From Adineta vaga (taxonomy: Eukaryota; Animalia; Rotifera): a DNA stretch of 64,000 bases. Each line of letters starts with the position of its first letter. Within the stretch, counting starts at the first letter, position 1. The position numbers were made by a program, and so were the translations under genes. Below, one piece after another: positions 11,561 through 31,616 of the stretch. Where the stretch lies: contig CP075497.1 of NCBI GenBank assembly GCA_021613535.1, forward strand, positions 11,222,001-11,286,000, given 5' to 3'. A model generated the notes under the pieces. That model ran no database searches. It was not told the origin of the DNA and saw only the letters and a list, made by a program, of their open reading frames with translations.

Positions 11561-12403
11561 AATATTAATATTTCGATTTTTTTTGTTTTGAACATTCATT
11601 AAAGTCAGACAGTCCTCGACTGTTGTTTCTTTTCTAATTTATCATAAACCGAATTTATATTACAAGGGTGACAAACGTAGAAGTCGATAAGTCTCGTGTC
11701 AAATGATATTTACGTCAATCTTCTCATTTGTAATCTTGAAAATTTTGACTTCAAAATATATTTAATCTCGTGTGACACCTTGTAAAAAGATGCACTGGAT
11801 CATGTAAATTGATTATGTTTTTTTTTCGTCATATCACTTAACTATCTTACGTTACTTTTTTTAATAATCAGATGTTTTCCTAATCAAGATAAACTCCAAT
11901 TAGTCTTCTGTTTTTTTGAGGATGTTCTCGATATCTCATGTTACTAATTACAGCCAGCAAGTTTTTCTTTCCAATAGACATTCTTCAGATCAAAACAGGT
12001 AATTAACATGCATGATAAAATTCTTCATCTCTCCAGTATAATCAAAATATAGCATATTTCTCTCGTCTTTCATGAAAGAAAATTGACTTTCCTATGCACT
12101 GACTTACTTTTAATATCCTTTCGATAAGTAGATTTGTCCTTATTTGATTCTTTAATCAATTGTCAATATTGATTTCCTTTCATTAATAAGATATTACATA
12201 TTGCATGTTTTCGATTCAAATCGTATTACTTTTTATTCAATCTGATGTTTTATCTTTTGTCATTTTCTATGATAGAATTACTTTTTTTTTCTCATAATTT
12301 ATATCTTTGTTTCATCCAAAAATAAATACAAGAAATAACTATACAATCAAGTCTTCTGTAGTTTGTCTTCTTCTTCTTCTTTTTGCATTGAAAATCTCAT
12401 CAG

Positions 12404-14221
12404 TTAAACCGTAGTTGCTTTGATTAAACATTGACTTGTTTCATCGGATGGTAATTCTAATTCAGTTAAACTAAATTCATCTCTATTTTGTAAAGAAACA
12501 AACATCGAATCGATGGATGAATCATGTGGTATGTTCGATGGTTTTTTACATCCATTCTGTGGTAAGGGTAATGTTGCACGAGTCGGTAGACTATTTCTTG
12601 GACGTTTTTGAGAACCTGTTTGTATTGTTAAGTTTTTATGATTCTGTTTGTTATCTTGAGGAAAGAATCTTCTTAGACGAAGAATTTCAATTAGTTCATT
12701 ACGAAATTGTGCCCCACAAATCATTAGAATTAAAATATTCGATGTTGATGTAAATAATTCTAAGATACTTCCAAGAAAATTTGGTAAAATATTATTACTC
12801 GATTGTCCATAACAATTATCTGTTTCTAATCGAAAGAGTAAACGATGACAAGTAAAGAAATTAATTATATAAGATTGTAATGCACTCATTAAACTCAATA
12901 AAATTTCAACTAATATTAATGATAATGAACGAAGTTCAGCACGTGAATGACTATGTTTACGTATAGATGGTCGATTAGATATATAATAAAGACAAACAAA
13001 CGATGATATTATACATATACATGATGGAATAAATGTTCCAATAATAAAACCAATTGTATAACGATTTTTTAATGATAAACGACGATCATAGAGAAATTTA
13101 TACCAATTTTGAAAATTTTCAGCTGACAATGGAATTGTACAATTTGCATATAAACCAATAAAATGATAGATTTGAGTACAAAATTGATGTTCATGAAAAT
13201 AATCTTCACCGGGACGTGATTGTAAAGATGGTAATGTCAAATTATCGATTGATATGAGAAGATTTCTTGGTAGAATATTTCCAAGAAGACATGTTGATCG
13301 TTGTGCATGTTCATCTGGCCAATCAATTGACATATAACGTTGAAGATAAACATGAGCTATTGTACGATGACGAATACGGTTCCAATTAGGTTTCGAAGAA
13401 CAATATGAACTTGTATCGATATCAAATGAATCATTTGTCGAAATTAATAATTTTTCATCAAAAATATCAATAGGATTTGTCCATGTTGGTACAGGTACTG
13501 TTGTTGTTATTGGTAATGACGAATAATATGTTATTGAATTATTTACTAGAAAGAAATATTCTTAAAAAACAAAAAAGAACAATGAAATGTCATCTATCTT
13601 ACCTGAATAATTCATTGAATCTGTAGAAATGACTGACATGCATTTAGTATCCATTGAACGTTTTGTATTATTCATTAAGAAATCAATTGTTAATGTTTGA
13701 TTTGGTGTTAATTTTAATTCTTTTATACAAAAAGCATCGTATAATTGAAAATAAGATACACTAATTCCATAGATAAATGCAATTAATGTCAATAATAATG
13801 CACATATTCGACTTTCACGATAAGATATTGATGAAAATGTTCGAACACGTTGAATAGACATAAACATAAAAATTAACATGGAAATTTGTGTATAAGTTGT
13901 ATTGTAAGTAAGCACCGAAAAACTTGCTCGATAAATCATTTCACGATAAGAAATAATATCAATAAATTTTGTTAAATAAATATTAAACCAACAAGATGAT
14001 GAAGCATCAAAAATTAACATTTTTGCCACATGTGATATGAATAAAAGTAAACAATCATTAAAGAACAAAGCTATGAAATAAACACTAATTGAACGAGCAC
14101 GAAAACGACGACGAAGAAATACTATTATACATATAATATTACCGAAAAAACCACAGATAAATATTGGTGCAAGAACATTACACAATATACGTGGATCGAT
14201 ATTTTCTTTTGTTAACAACAT
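12404..14221 (-). CDS. Divergent class A GPCR (about 586 aa) with a very long second extracellular loop; 2 exons (14221-13603, 13545-12404)
   Basis: GFFGNIICIIVF in TM1, SIQRV at the DRY position, GTFIP in TM5, SNILILMICGAQFR at TM7/helix 8. A 57-nt phase-1 intron joins the two ORF-track pieces in frame. Confidence 0.85.
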
Positions 14222-17200
14222 TTTTTCTTAGTTTGTTGATTATCTAAAAAAAAACAGAATAGAACATCAAATCTGACTAATTTTATAATCTATAAAGAAG
14301 TAATTAGATAAGTAGCATCTTCCATTTTCCTCTCTCTCTCTCTCTGGAAATGTCTGAAAATTTTATTCGATAGAAAACTGAAGATAGGCCAATAGGCGAA
14401 AATATTATCTTATGAAAATACATCATTAACATTGGAAAATCTTATTAAGTACACTCATTAATACATGACAAAACTAATATTTATGAAAAGTCACAAATAT
14501 AGTGTACGATAATGTTTGAGTTGTTAATCGATGAAAAAAAAACAGGTGTTTTGAAAATAGTACTTTCTTTATAATGAGCTACAGGAGATATATTTCTCTG
14601 TTTGTCTTTTTTTCCGAGTCTATGACACGCAAAACGGAAAGACATAGGATAGGCGGAAAAAAAAGTAGGAGGAGAATGATGACGACCAAAATGAGATGAA
14701 TCGATACTCGACAATTTGCACTAAGAAATCGATCAAAAATATCATCAGAAAGAATAGAAGAAGAAACGAAGGACTTTATTAGTTTATCGTATAAAACTGA
14801 AAATAACTACAAACAAAATGATATAATGATCTCATTTTGTATTGAAAGAAAATATCTTCTTTTTTTTCTCTATAGATCTATTTTCTCGAAAGAAGAAACA
14901 TGTGAAAAAGAATAGATTCATTTTTATAGCTTAGAGTATCATTGTTTCTATTGAAATTTATTTTTATATTATCAATGACATCTTTTCTAAAGAACTTGAT
15001 AGACTAAAGAAAGAACAACACGTCTTTATTTTCCACTAGTATTTCGAAAAAACACACGCAGTGCTAGAACAGCATGTAGGCATATTGATATGATTGGTAA
15101 TCTTTCTATTGGAGATTGACGAGGTCCATTTGATAAACATTCTAACAACTGCAAGTTAGTAGAGATAATATATCGACTTTTTTCAGATGCTAAAAAAAAA
15201 AGGACGAGAATAATTATCCATTATCTTTGTTATTCTTCTTCGTTTCTTTGGCTTTGATCTATTTGTTTCATATACTAGACTAGAATGTCTGCATATAGTT
15301 TACTTCTTCTATCTTTCTCAAACTACTTTAATAAACTAAAGTGATTTTCTTTCTATATAATAGTGTCAAAGAAGATTATTTTTCAATATCAAATATAGAT
15401 TTCTATTTTCAACATCGAATAATTGTCTAACGAGTCTTATATGGTTCATTAACACAATACAATTATCGATTTTTATGCGTATCTGCATAACATAGTTGTT
15501 TGTTTAACATTTTTTTCTCAAGGACGAGAGAAGAAAAAAAAAATCCTATCCAAAAATGAAACTTCAATTGATGATCATTGTTTGCTCTTGGTAAACACTA
15601 ATGATACGTTGAATTGATTATTATAATTGTTCTCGACATAGTTTCATCTGTCATTTTCATGTCTGACAACATAAGAGAAAATGATTGATGATAATGCCTT
15701 CGAGCAAGTTTCTTATTGATGATTTTGTTATTTAAAAATAGTGTTAGATCTATATATGTAAACTCAACTAAACGTGTAAGATGAAATTATCATCAAAATA
15801 AAATTCTTTTTCTTCCTCATCAGGAAAACAAAATTCCTACTCTTCTTAGTAAGTAGCCCGTTTATTGATAGAGAAAATTAGTTTCCGATCGCGTATAAAA
15901 TTAATCGGTCCTATTCACAACATAACAATAGTTCGCATCTAAAGTCATTTTAAATAAATACAATAGTCTTTTCAAAACAAAACAAAAAAGCTTTTCTTTT
16001 TTCTTACGTATGAGTAATATTTGCACTAACGGAGTAAATCAACATTATTTTATATCGATAGTATCAGGATAGAATAAACTAGGGTAAAAGAGTTTTCTTC
16101 TTCTTTTCTCTCTCTCTCTCTCGATTTCTTTTTCATTTGCTCTTCGACATCCGCTAGAATCGAGTATTTTTGAACTACTTGATTATATCGTTGATATAGA
16201 GTTCGTGAAGAATGACTACACTACCTCTAAAGATCTATATTTCTTCTATTTCTATCAGATCAAACACCGATTAAAAGAAAAAAATTACTCGATTACTCAC
16301 TAGAGAAGAAACGTTAGTGATGAGAGTTTGTTATCTATTTTTCTTCTCCTTGAAAACACTTGATGATCGATATAAAAAGAAAATATCTCGTATTCTACAT
16401 GATCATAGTCATCTGCTTTTTTTTTCTTACAACTAAACGATGAATTCTGAAACGATTGGATTACTACGAGAGAAGAAAACGGAACAAAAAAGAAAGAAGA
16501 CAAACCGATAGAATAACGATCTCAATGATATATTCAAGAAAAAAAGCATATCTTTTCACTTCATACTGTCATTTATAGAAAATTATATTATGTTAAATGC
16601 TCTCAAACCATTGAAAAACGAATCTATCTGAATAAACTAAATTATCCATAAAAAATTTCTTTTTCTTCTTCTTATTAAGTAGTTAAATATATATTTTCGA
16701 CTAAAAAATGATGAAACTTACGATTACATTGATTCAACTGTCCATGACATAATTATACCATATCTAATGAATCCATATAAGCAAAACTGTTGCGTAGGTT
16801 GTTTCTCAGTTAAACTCTATTCATACATCAAAAGTAAAAACATAATTTAAAAGGAATTTCATTCTATTTATAATTAATTCTTCTTTGAGAAAGTCTCTTT
16901 TATTTTCTTATATATTCTTTTTTTTTCTGAATAACAAAAGTCTCATCAACTTTCCAAGCAGAAAATTTTTTCGACAAGTATCTACAATCTTTCTTTTTCT
17001 TTGTTTCTTCTTAATTTGATTCATTATTCTCAAGTAAACTAAAACATAATTCAATGTCTTTTATTATATCCGAACATTGATCTTCTTTTTTGTCAACTTG
17101 TATTTTGATAAGATCTATAACAAAGAAACCTTTTTCATGCACATCCTGTCAACCAATTAAGTATCAAGAAATTTTCAAAGATTTTTATCAGAAGACAAAT

Positions 17201-20005
17201 GAACATTTTCTTGTCAAAAATCATCGACTTATTTTTTTTTGCACATGTCTTCTTTTCGAAATCTGTTTTTTATCTCACTGACAATCATGCATACACAATC
17301 GTTCGGATCTACATTTGGTGCTTTCTTGTTTAGTGAGAAAATCTTATGATAGTAGGACGATCACTTCGAAAAAAACTAGGAGAAAATCTTCGAGAAATTT
17401 CTTTTTCTATAAGATATTATTTGCATAATTATTCAGTCTTAAATGCTACATGATCTAAAATGATAATTATTTTCTAATTAAGTAGTCGAATGAGAATTGA
17501 ATCAAATCATATGGACTTTTATTTATTTTTATTCAATGATATTTCTTTCTCATTTCGAAGATAATATAGACAACGCATTCAATATGATTTGTCAAACTAA
17601 TTTGTAATTTTTCCTATGGAAATCACAAGAGGGTTGTGGAGTAGATTGAATAATTTCATTTTCTCAATCCTTGCTTATCTTCTCCTGCAAATGGAAATGA
17701 TTTCTCGAAGAACTTTGGTCGTTTTTTTTGTTGCGCAAAACTAAAACCAGAAATTTTTTATCATCAGTTCTATCAAATAATTATCCTAAAACCAAAACAG
17801 AAAGGTTAACGAAACTAAATGAGAGAAGAAGAAGAAGAAGAAGAGAAAGAAACGCGTGGAGAATATCGTATAACATATAGAATAATAAACAAATCTTGAA
17901 ACCACTGTGGTAGTAAAAGCAACTTTGATGGAAAGAATATTTCTATTTTGGTCCTAAATACTTCTTATTTATATCATTATGATAGACAGTTTCTCTGGTT
18001 ATTTGATATTCTTCTTTGTAGAAACGAATGTTTGCCTTTATAGAGTTTCGAAATAAATAATTAGAATGGAGACTTTGGGATTAGTACGTCAAAGAAAATA
18101 TATCGACTGTGTTAATAATATATCATCTTATACTTGAGTTTTGATGTCTTTTATGTTATGTTGTCAATTATTTATGACTGTTACATATTTTATCTTTCGA
18201 CATGTAAATACAAGAACATATCCGATGGGTTCGAAACCTGTTTATATCTGTATCAATGATGATAATGATGATACCAGTTTATTTTCAATTATGAGAAGAA
18301 AAAGAAACGTTTTGGAATGTTCGGAAGTGTTTGGTGATAATCGATTGATAAAAAAAGAAGGTAGAAGGTATCTATCGGGAAATATCAAACTTTTGTTTGC
18401 ATTAGGGAAGAAAATCATAATTGAATTAAATTACGCCTATTCTCTTGAGCTTGGTAACAATCTTCTGTTCTGTTTAGATTACATGAAAGAGAAAGAATCT
18501 TATTGATTGATGAAAATCTATCGAAAAATATCGATACAATAGATTAATATTACATGAGGTGTACGGAGTAAATGTTTTCTCAATGGAAACCAGAATTAAA
18601 AGATTCTTACTCTAAACTTCTTCTATTTGCAATGGGTACATGACGTCGAATTAAGTGCATCTGTATCTGATTTGAGTTCAGTTGTTTTTTGCTATGGATG
18701 TCAATTGATTAATGAAAAGTCAGTATTTATGCATTAATTCTATTTGAAAAAAAAAGAAGTCTCTGTGTTAATATATTCTTGTTCGAACGATAATTCTTTT
18801 TATTTCATATAGCTACGTATATAATGTAGACAGATAATGTAATCAGTAGATTAATTCTATTTTTGTAACCTTTACAATAATCAAAACAACTCGAAAAGCA
18901 AAGAATACTGTGCATATAACAAGTAATGCATAAAAAATGAAGTACTTTTGTTCTCCTTTTGTATGTATGTGTGTGTGTGTTTTTTCTAAGAAAATCATTC
19001 TTATAGAACAAAAACTGGGTGTAAAAATTGTTCATTCAACATCAAATTATCTTTTCACGTGGAAATTCAAAGCTTCAGCTAATTACCAAAGCCAATATTA
19101 TTTCCTGTTCGATTTATTCAATGCTCTTTTGACCTCGATGACATTTATTCATATAATACAAAACATCCATTTATGTTTGACGACATCAGTATTTCGAATC
19201 TGGAAACTATTGGAAATAATCTCTGTATTAACATGATATCATATATCAAATATAGTTCTTCAAGTAAAAATTAACGATTGTATTTCTTCTTTATATCATA
19301 ATCAATTCCAAATTGCACTCAAAATAGAAATTAAACTAAGGAAATGCATTCGTTTGGAATTATTTCCTTTGTAATTCCATTAGTGTAGTTTGATAATATT
19401 CATTAGAAGTTTCAAACGGTGTTATTTTGTATCTATATTCATAATTAATACATGACATTCAAGTAAGTAGTTTGTCTGAGATATTGTTTGTCACGAGTTT
19501 TTTTCTAAATATATTTCAAATTCCTATATTATGAAGATGAGTATTGATGAATAGATTTTAATGAACTAATCATGTTATAATATTAGTGTGTCTATGTCAA
19601 GACAATCTCTTCGTTCTCATTCAATATAAAAGATGATAGATTTTCTAGACCAATAAATCAGTTTAGTACAATACTGTTTAACATATGTTAATCATTAACA
19701 TAATTGGTCTTATATGATATTTTCAAGTCAATTATTTAAAATACAGAAATGTCGGATCATGATTGATTTCGACTACCTTTCAGTCAAACGTTTTCAGAAA
19801 TATTTTCTTTGTCAATGGAAGAAATTCAGCTAAAGCGATGATTTTGTTGTCTTTTACTTGTATAGAATATTGAAAAAAAACAAACAAACAAAAATGTTGA
19901 ATAAGAATGAAAGAAACATAACAGATTGATTTTGTTTTGTTTTTGTTTTTTTTGTTAAAAAGTTCATTCATATGTCGAAGGAAGGAGACCTTAGAAGATA
20001 TCTTT

Positions 20006-21191
20006 CTATGAAAGAATATCACCGGCTTGTTGTTCTACTAGAGTAGACATTTGTTTAACATCATGTGTCCATTGATCTAAACGTTTCTTCAATGTTCCAA
20101 CTTGTCTTAAATCTAATACACGTGGTTTAACCCAATGCATATTGAATTTTTCATCAACTTGATCAATATTTCCACGAATTAAACCTAATGATAAAGCTTG
20201 CATAGCTAATAATTCAACTTCATTCAAAGGTAATTTCGTTCTTGTTGCAACATCAGTAAAACTTAATGCACGTGTACCACCAGCTGTAAATATCATATCC
20301 ATAAGACAGAGTAAATTGATTTTTCTTTTTAAAATTCCTTCCGCCATACGTAAATCCGGTTGAACTTGCCAAACAGATTTCAATGCTTCATATTTGTCCA
20401 TATCACCCATATTAAAAGCTTGTAGAAGATCAATTAACCATTGTTCACGTGTATCTTTTAGTGCATCAAGTACGGGATGTTGAAGAATTTCACCGAAATT
20501 ATAAACATTTTCAGCTAATAATGCAGCTAAACCAAGATTAAATGCTCGCTCAGCTTTTTCTTTAAGTGGAATTGATGAATGATCAATACAACCTAAAAGA
20601 AATGAAAATATAGAAAATGTGATTAGTCTTCAAACTAGAATGTTTACCAAGATATTTCAGTGCATTTTGATAATATTCACTATGATTACCCATGACACGA
20701 TAATAATTTGATGCTAAATCATAAAATCTTGAATGAACTGTTGTTAAATGATCTAATTCATCAAATTTGGGTGCTAAATCTTCGATAATTTTCTTTGTTT
20801 CTGGTAGATTTTTTGTTATTAAATATGCTTTTCCAATAGTAATATCACATAATAGAATAGCCAAAGAGTTTCCTTTAACTTTTTCTCGAATTTGTTGAAC
20901 AAATTGTATTGCTTGATCAACTTGTTTATATGTTCGTGCAATTGGAATAATAATTTCAACGAAAGCTAATTGATTTATTCGATGTTCGAAATCCGAAAGA
21001 AAATTTTCATAAAATCGTATTAATTGTTCACCTTGTTGAAGTTCATCACGATGTACAAGTGATGTAACACGTAATGTTAATTCATGCCATAAACGACTTT
21101 GATATAAAGATTCAAGTTCAAGCCATTCATTTGCTAATGAACCACCATTTGCTTTACGTTCGTTAAGATAAGTTTCAACACGAGACGACAT
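20006..21191 (-). CDS. PSMD13: 26S proteasome lid subunit Rpn9/PSMD13; 2 exons (21191-20648, 20592-20006)
   Basis: LYQSRLWHELT, FYENFLSDFEHRIN, YYQNALKYLG, ENVYNFGEILQHP, and PCI end EVELLAMQALSLGLIRGNIDQVD...WVKPRVLD. Confidence 0.96.
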
Positions 21192-21744
21192 GATTTCAAT
21201 TGTCTTTTTCGAGTAATTATTGATCAATGAATGAAATATATATATATATATGTATGTTGGTTAATAGTGAAGATGACTCATTGTATATATTTCAAAAACA
21301 TTGGTAAGAATTTTTCAGAGAAATATTCATATATTCAATAAATCTATTTCACAATCGTTTTTTATTTGAGTTTTATTTTAAAATCAGATCATAAAGCGAC
21401 ATCTATATAGATTTGTCCAACCAGTGAAAATTCTGTCTTGTTGCCAGGTAGATAGATCGATAGATAGGAGAAAAGAACTAGATAACACCTAAATATAAGC
21501 TAAACTATAATATGAGTATCGATAACAGAACTCAAAGTCTCAGGAATACTGCGAGATCGAGAGCATGCTGAAGAACTCGACGATTTTCCTAAAAATTTCC
21601 GGAATTTTCGTAGAGAAAATGAAAGTTCTAAAAAAATAGGGGGGTGCCGTTGCGCTCCCCCCTTTTTCTCGCTCGCGACACTCCGGTAAAGTATCTCAGA
21701 AATTATTTCATTCTAGATTTTGATTTGAAATTATTGTTCGTAGG

Positions 21745-23630
<1,886 letters not shown>

Positions 23631-24523
23631 CTGTTATGTTTTTAATTGAAGAAGAAAAAAAACCAACTAAAAGTTTTTTTTATTATCTTTTTTTTCTCGT
23701 TGAAATTTTCAGTTGATGCTATATGATTTAGTAAGAGTGATTTAATCTTTTATTTTTAGATAAGTATTTTTGTTTTGATTTTAATCAATTGGAATATGTT
23801 AGGATGAAATTTAAAAATAAATGCATCGTTTCTATACTTGTTTATTTATTTAATTGTAAAATAAACTCTTTCAAAGACTAGATCTATCTTGTCGAATAAA
23901 TAAACAATCATACATAATTCTATTAATTGTAATTGGATGATAAAACTTGGAATAGTAGTTTTTCTCTTAAACTAAAAAAGAAGTATTACGAGTCTATGAT
24001 GATTTTTCTTACTATATATATATCACATCATCATTGACATTGACTTTAAACATATGTGTCGACATGTCAAATATTTGTGTAGAGTTCAAATGTGAAGAAT
24101 GTAATTCATAGACAGTAGAAGTATTTGGATTGAATGAGTAGTAAAGATTGCTAAGCTATTCATTCATCAAATGTGTTCTGATATTTAGTCGAAAGGAAAG
24201 GAAATGCAATATTGCTACGCCATCTTTCTTTTTGCTAAAGGTTTCGAACAAACTTTTCACTGGTTTATACCTGTAAAATGTTGAAAAATAAAAATAAACG
24301 TCAGTCTTTACTTTGGTTGGAAAGAGAGAAATGACATGCGTTTTTACTCTTCCGACAACACAGTGACAAATCGTATATTTTTCTTTTACTTCAAAACATC
24401 AACGATATACAGATCTTTTTATACATCTTTTAACAACTCAATTTCTTTTCTAGAATTTTCCTACAAGATTTTATTATTATTCATCGATTTTGTCCTCTAT
24501 TCTTTTATTTTATTATTAACGAT

Positions 24524-29353
<4,830 letters not shown>

Positions 29354-29650
29354 TTTTTTCATAAGTCAGAAAAATCAGAACAAATTTTCGGAAAATCTTC
29401 GTTTTCTTTACTGTCTTCTGTTTTCCGATTCTATTTCTTTAAATAATACACCTATTTTTTTAACTTTTTTCCTTTCTGAATTGTATATAATAAATAATTA
29501 TATATATATTTTTTGTTCGCAGTCAAGAAAGAAGTTTTCTTTTCTTTATAAAAAAAAAGTACACACACAAGTTATGATAGATTTTTTTGTTGATTTGGTT
29601 GTTTTGATCGATTGTCTTCGTCGATTATTGACATATCACAATTGAATAGA

Positions 29651-29933
29651 TCACCAGGATGCATGTGGTGGTGGGCGAGGTAATGGCGGTTGATAATCGA
29701 GATTCATTTGGGAACGAAATTGTTCGAGTTGAATTGAATAACGTTGAGACGGTTTGAGAAATTGATAAAGATTAGTCGCTTGATTGCGAGTCTAAACAAG
29801 CAGAAAATCAATTGAGAAGACACAAAAAAAAAGAATAACACTTTTTCTTTACTTTATCTTCTGCATAACCTCGGAAACGTTCAGTATTACTATGTATCTC
29901 AGTATATTTTCGATTTTTTTCAAAGAACGACAT
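29651..29933 (-). CDS. Candidate 73-aa microprotein, 2 exons (29933-29853, 29791-29651); not in the ORF track
   Basis: ACAATG start, 27 codons, a 61-nt phase-0 GT-AG intron with pyrimidine tract, then 46 codons ending YQPPLPRPPPHASW-stop. Confidence 0.55.
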
Positions 29934-30007
29934 TGTTGTTAAGAGAAGAGAAACAAAATAGAAATCGATGTGTATGATGAAGTCTTGCTTCTTTTTTTAT
30001 TGTATGT

Positions 30008-31616
30008 TTACCTACTGCTGTTAGTTTTGGAGCATTTTTTTTCTTCGTCTGTTGTGATAAGAAAAAGCAAGGAAAGGAAGAAAAAAGAATAAATGGTTGG
30101 CATGCAACTAGTTTTCAATATATAAACATATCGACAGGAAACGTTCCGGAATAGAGTTTGTGACTTGAATATAAAACATTTACCTCGATACCAATCGTCT
30201 TCATCACCTTCATTTACTCGTCGATGTCGATTTAATAAGGGAACTTTAGCAGTAGTTGTTGTTGTTGTCGTCAATGTTGACATCGATCCATTTCCATGCG
30301 GAGAATTACCTGCGGCAGTAACAATACATCGAATAGGTGAAATATTAGTTGTACTATTCGAAAAAAGAGTTCGTCGATGTAAATCTAAAAGACTTCGTCG
30401 AACAATTGACGGTATCCGTTTCGGATCGAGTAATGTCTGTGGTGTAAGATTTCTTTGAGGAGTTTCTACATGAATTTGATAACTAGCAGTACGAGGAACA
30501 GTTAGTGCTCCAATACTATTATTTCGTCGATTATGTCCTAATTCTAATGCACTCGGCGAATTTGAATGTTGAGACATTATTGACATTCGTAATGTTGATG
30601 TTGATTTAACATGAAGACAAGTTTCACTTGGAGAACGAACATAGATTGTTGCACGAGGTGATGCATCTATAGCTGGTTCGGATGTAGCACGTATAAAACT
30701 AATCGGTGGTGGAAGCATGGATTGATCGGAATCATTTGAATGTCGATCACGACGTGATGATGGACAAACGCTTACTTTTGTATGCAAAGAATAAGTTGGT
30801 AAAATCGATGGAGGATTACATATTCGTTCAAGTTTTCGAGCTAAACTAATTACTGCTAATAACCAAAGACCAATCACGACTAAGACAAGAAGACTTTCGA
30901 CAAAACTCATTCGATAAATTCCTTCTTCCATTTCTCCTAAATTTTCCAAGAAAAGATTAATAATTCAATACAAAAGGAGAAAGAAAATTCAATTAGAAGA
31001 ATGAACGATTGATTACTATTTATTTAACGAATAGCTTATTAATTTTGATAGGAAAACTAGACCAAAACATATTTTCAATGAAGATTTTCTTTTCCTTTTT
31101 TTCAAAAGAAAAACTATCGATGTTCGAATCGGAAATTACAGTTTGTTATAGTGACTCTTATTTCTTTCTTTTTTCTAACTATAATTTCATACCGGAAACA
31201 TCGGAGGTTATATAAACGAATAGGAGAAAAGACAAAAGAAGAAAATAATAATAACTAAATAGGATGTAAATAAATAAATAAAAAAAACGTTGAAGTTTAA
31301 TTAAAAGAAGACGTTTAGTTATTTTCATTGAATCGTTCTCATCTGATCATTGAAAATCTAAGGAAAGACATCGAGAATATGAGAAAAAGAAGAAATAGAA
31401 AAGAATCAATCTAATGAGACGATCAAGTGTGCTTCTTCACTGAAGTATTCTTTGAATATAATCAATAATTTTCTCATTGATAGTGTAGAGATTATCGTAC
31501 TGTGAGAGAAAAAGAAATCTTATACAATCAATCATGTTTTCAGTGCAAAAGAAAGTTGTTGAGATAACGAAAAATAATTTCTCAGAAGATAACTTACGTG
31601 TCGAGTTGTTCGACAT
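30008..31616 (-). CDS. Orphan single-pass (type III-like) membrane protein with a long Ser/Thr/Arg-rich tail; micro first exon 31616-31598, main exon from 30936; 3' end uncertain
   Basis: Exon ATGTCGAACAACTCGACAC|GTAAGT splices in phase to give MSNNSTREMEEGIYRMSFVESLLVLVVIGLWLLAVISLARKLER (N-glycosylation sequons, TM segment, basic stop-transfer). A probable further donor lies at 30183. Confidence 0.7.

Noticed and set aside
14481-19236. Several 60-120 aa ORFs in the gene-free region
   Set aside because: They have the Phe/Ile/Lys-rich composition of random AT-rich DNA, no motifs and no consistent splice structure.
29934-29950. Minus-strand TCTTAAC resembling a U12 branch point that could join the 30-kb gene to the microprotein
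   Set aside because: No RTATCCTT U12 donor upstream and no suitable acceptor; the downstream ORF has its own good ATG.
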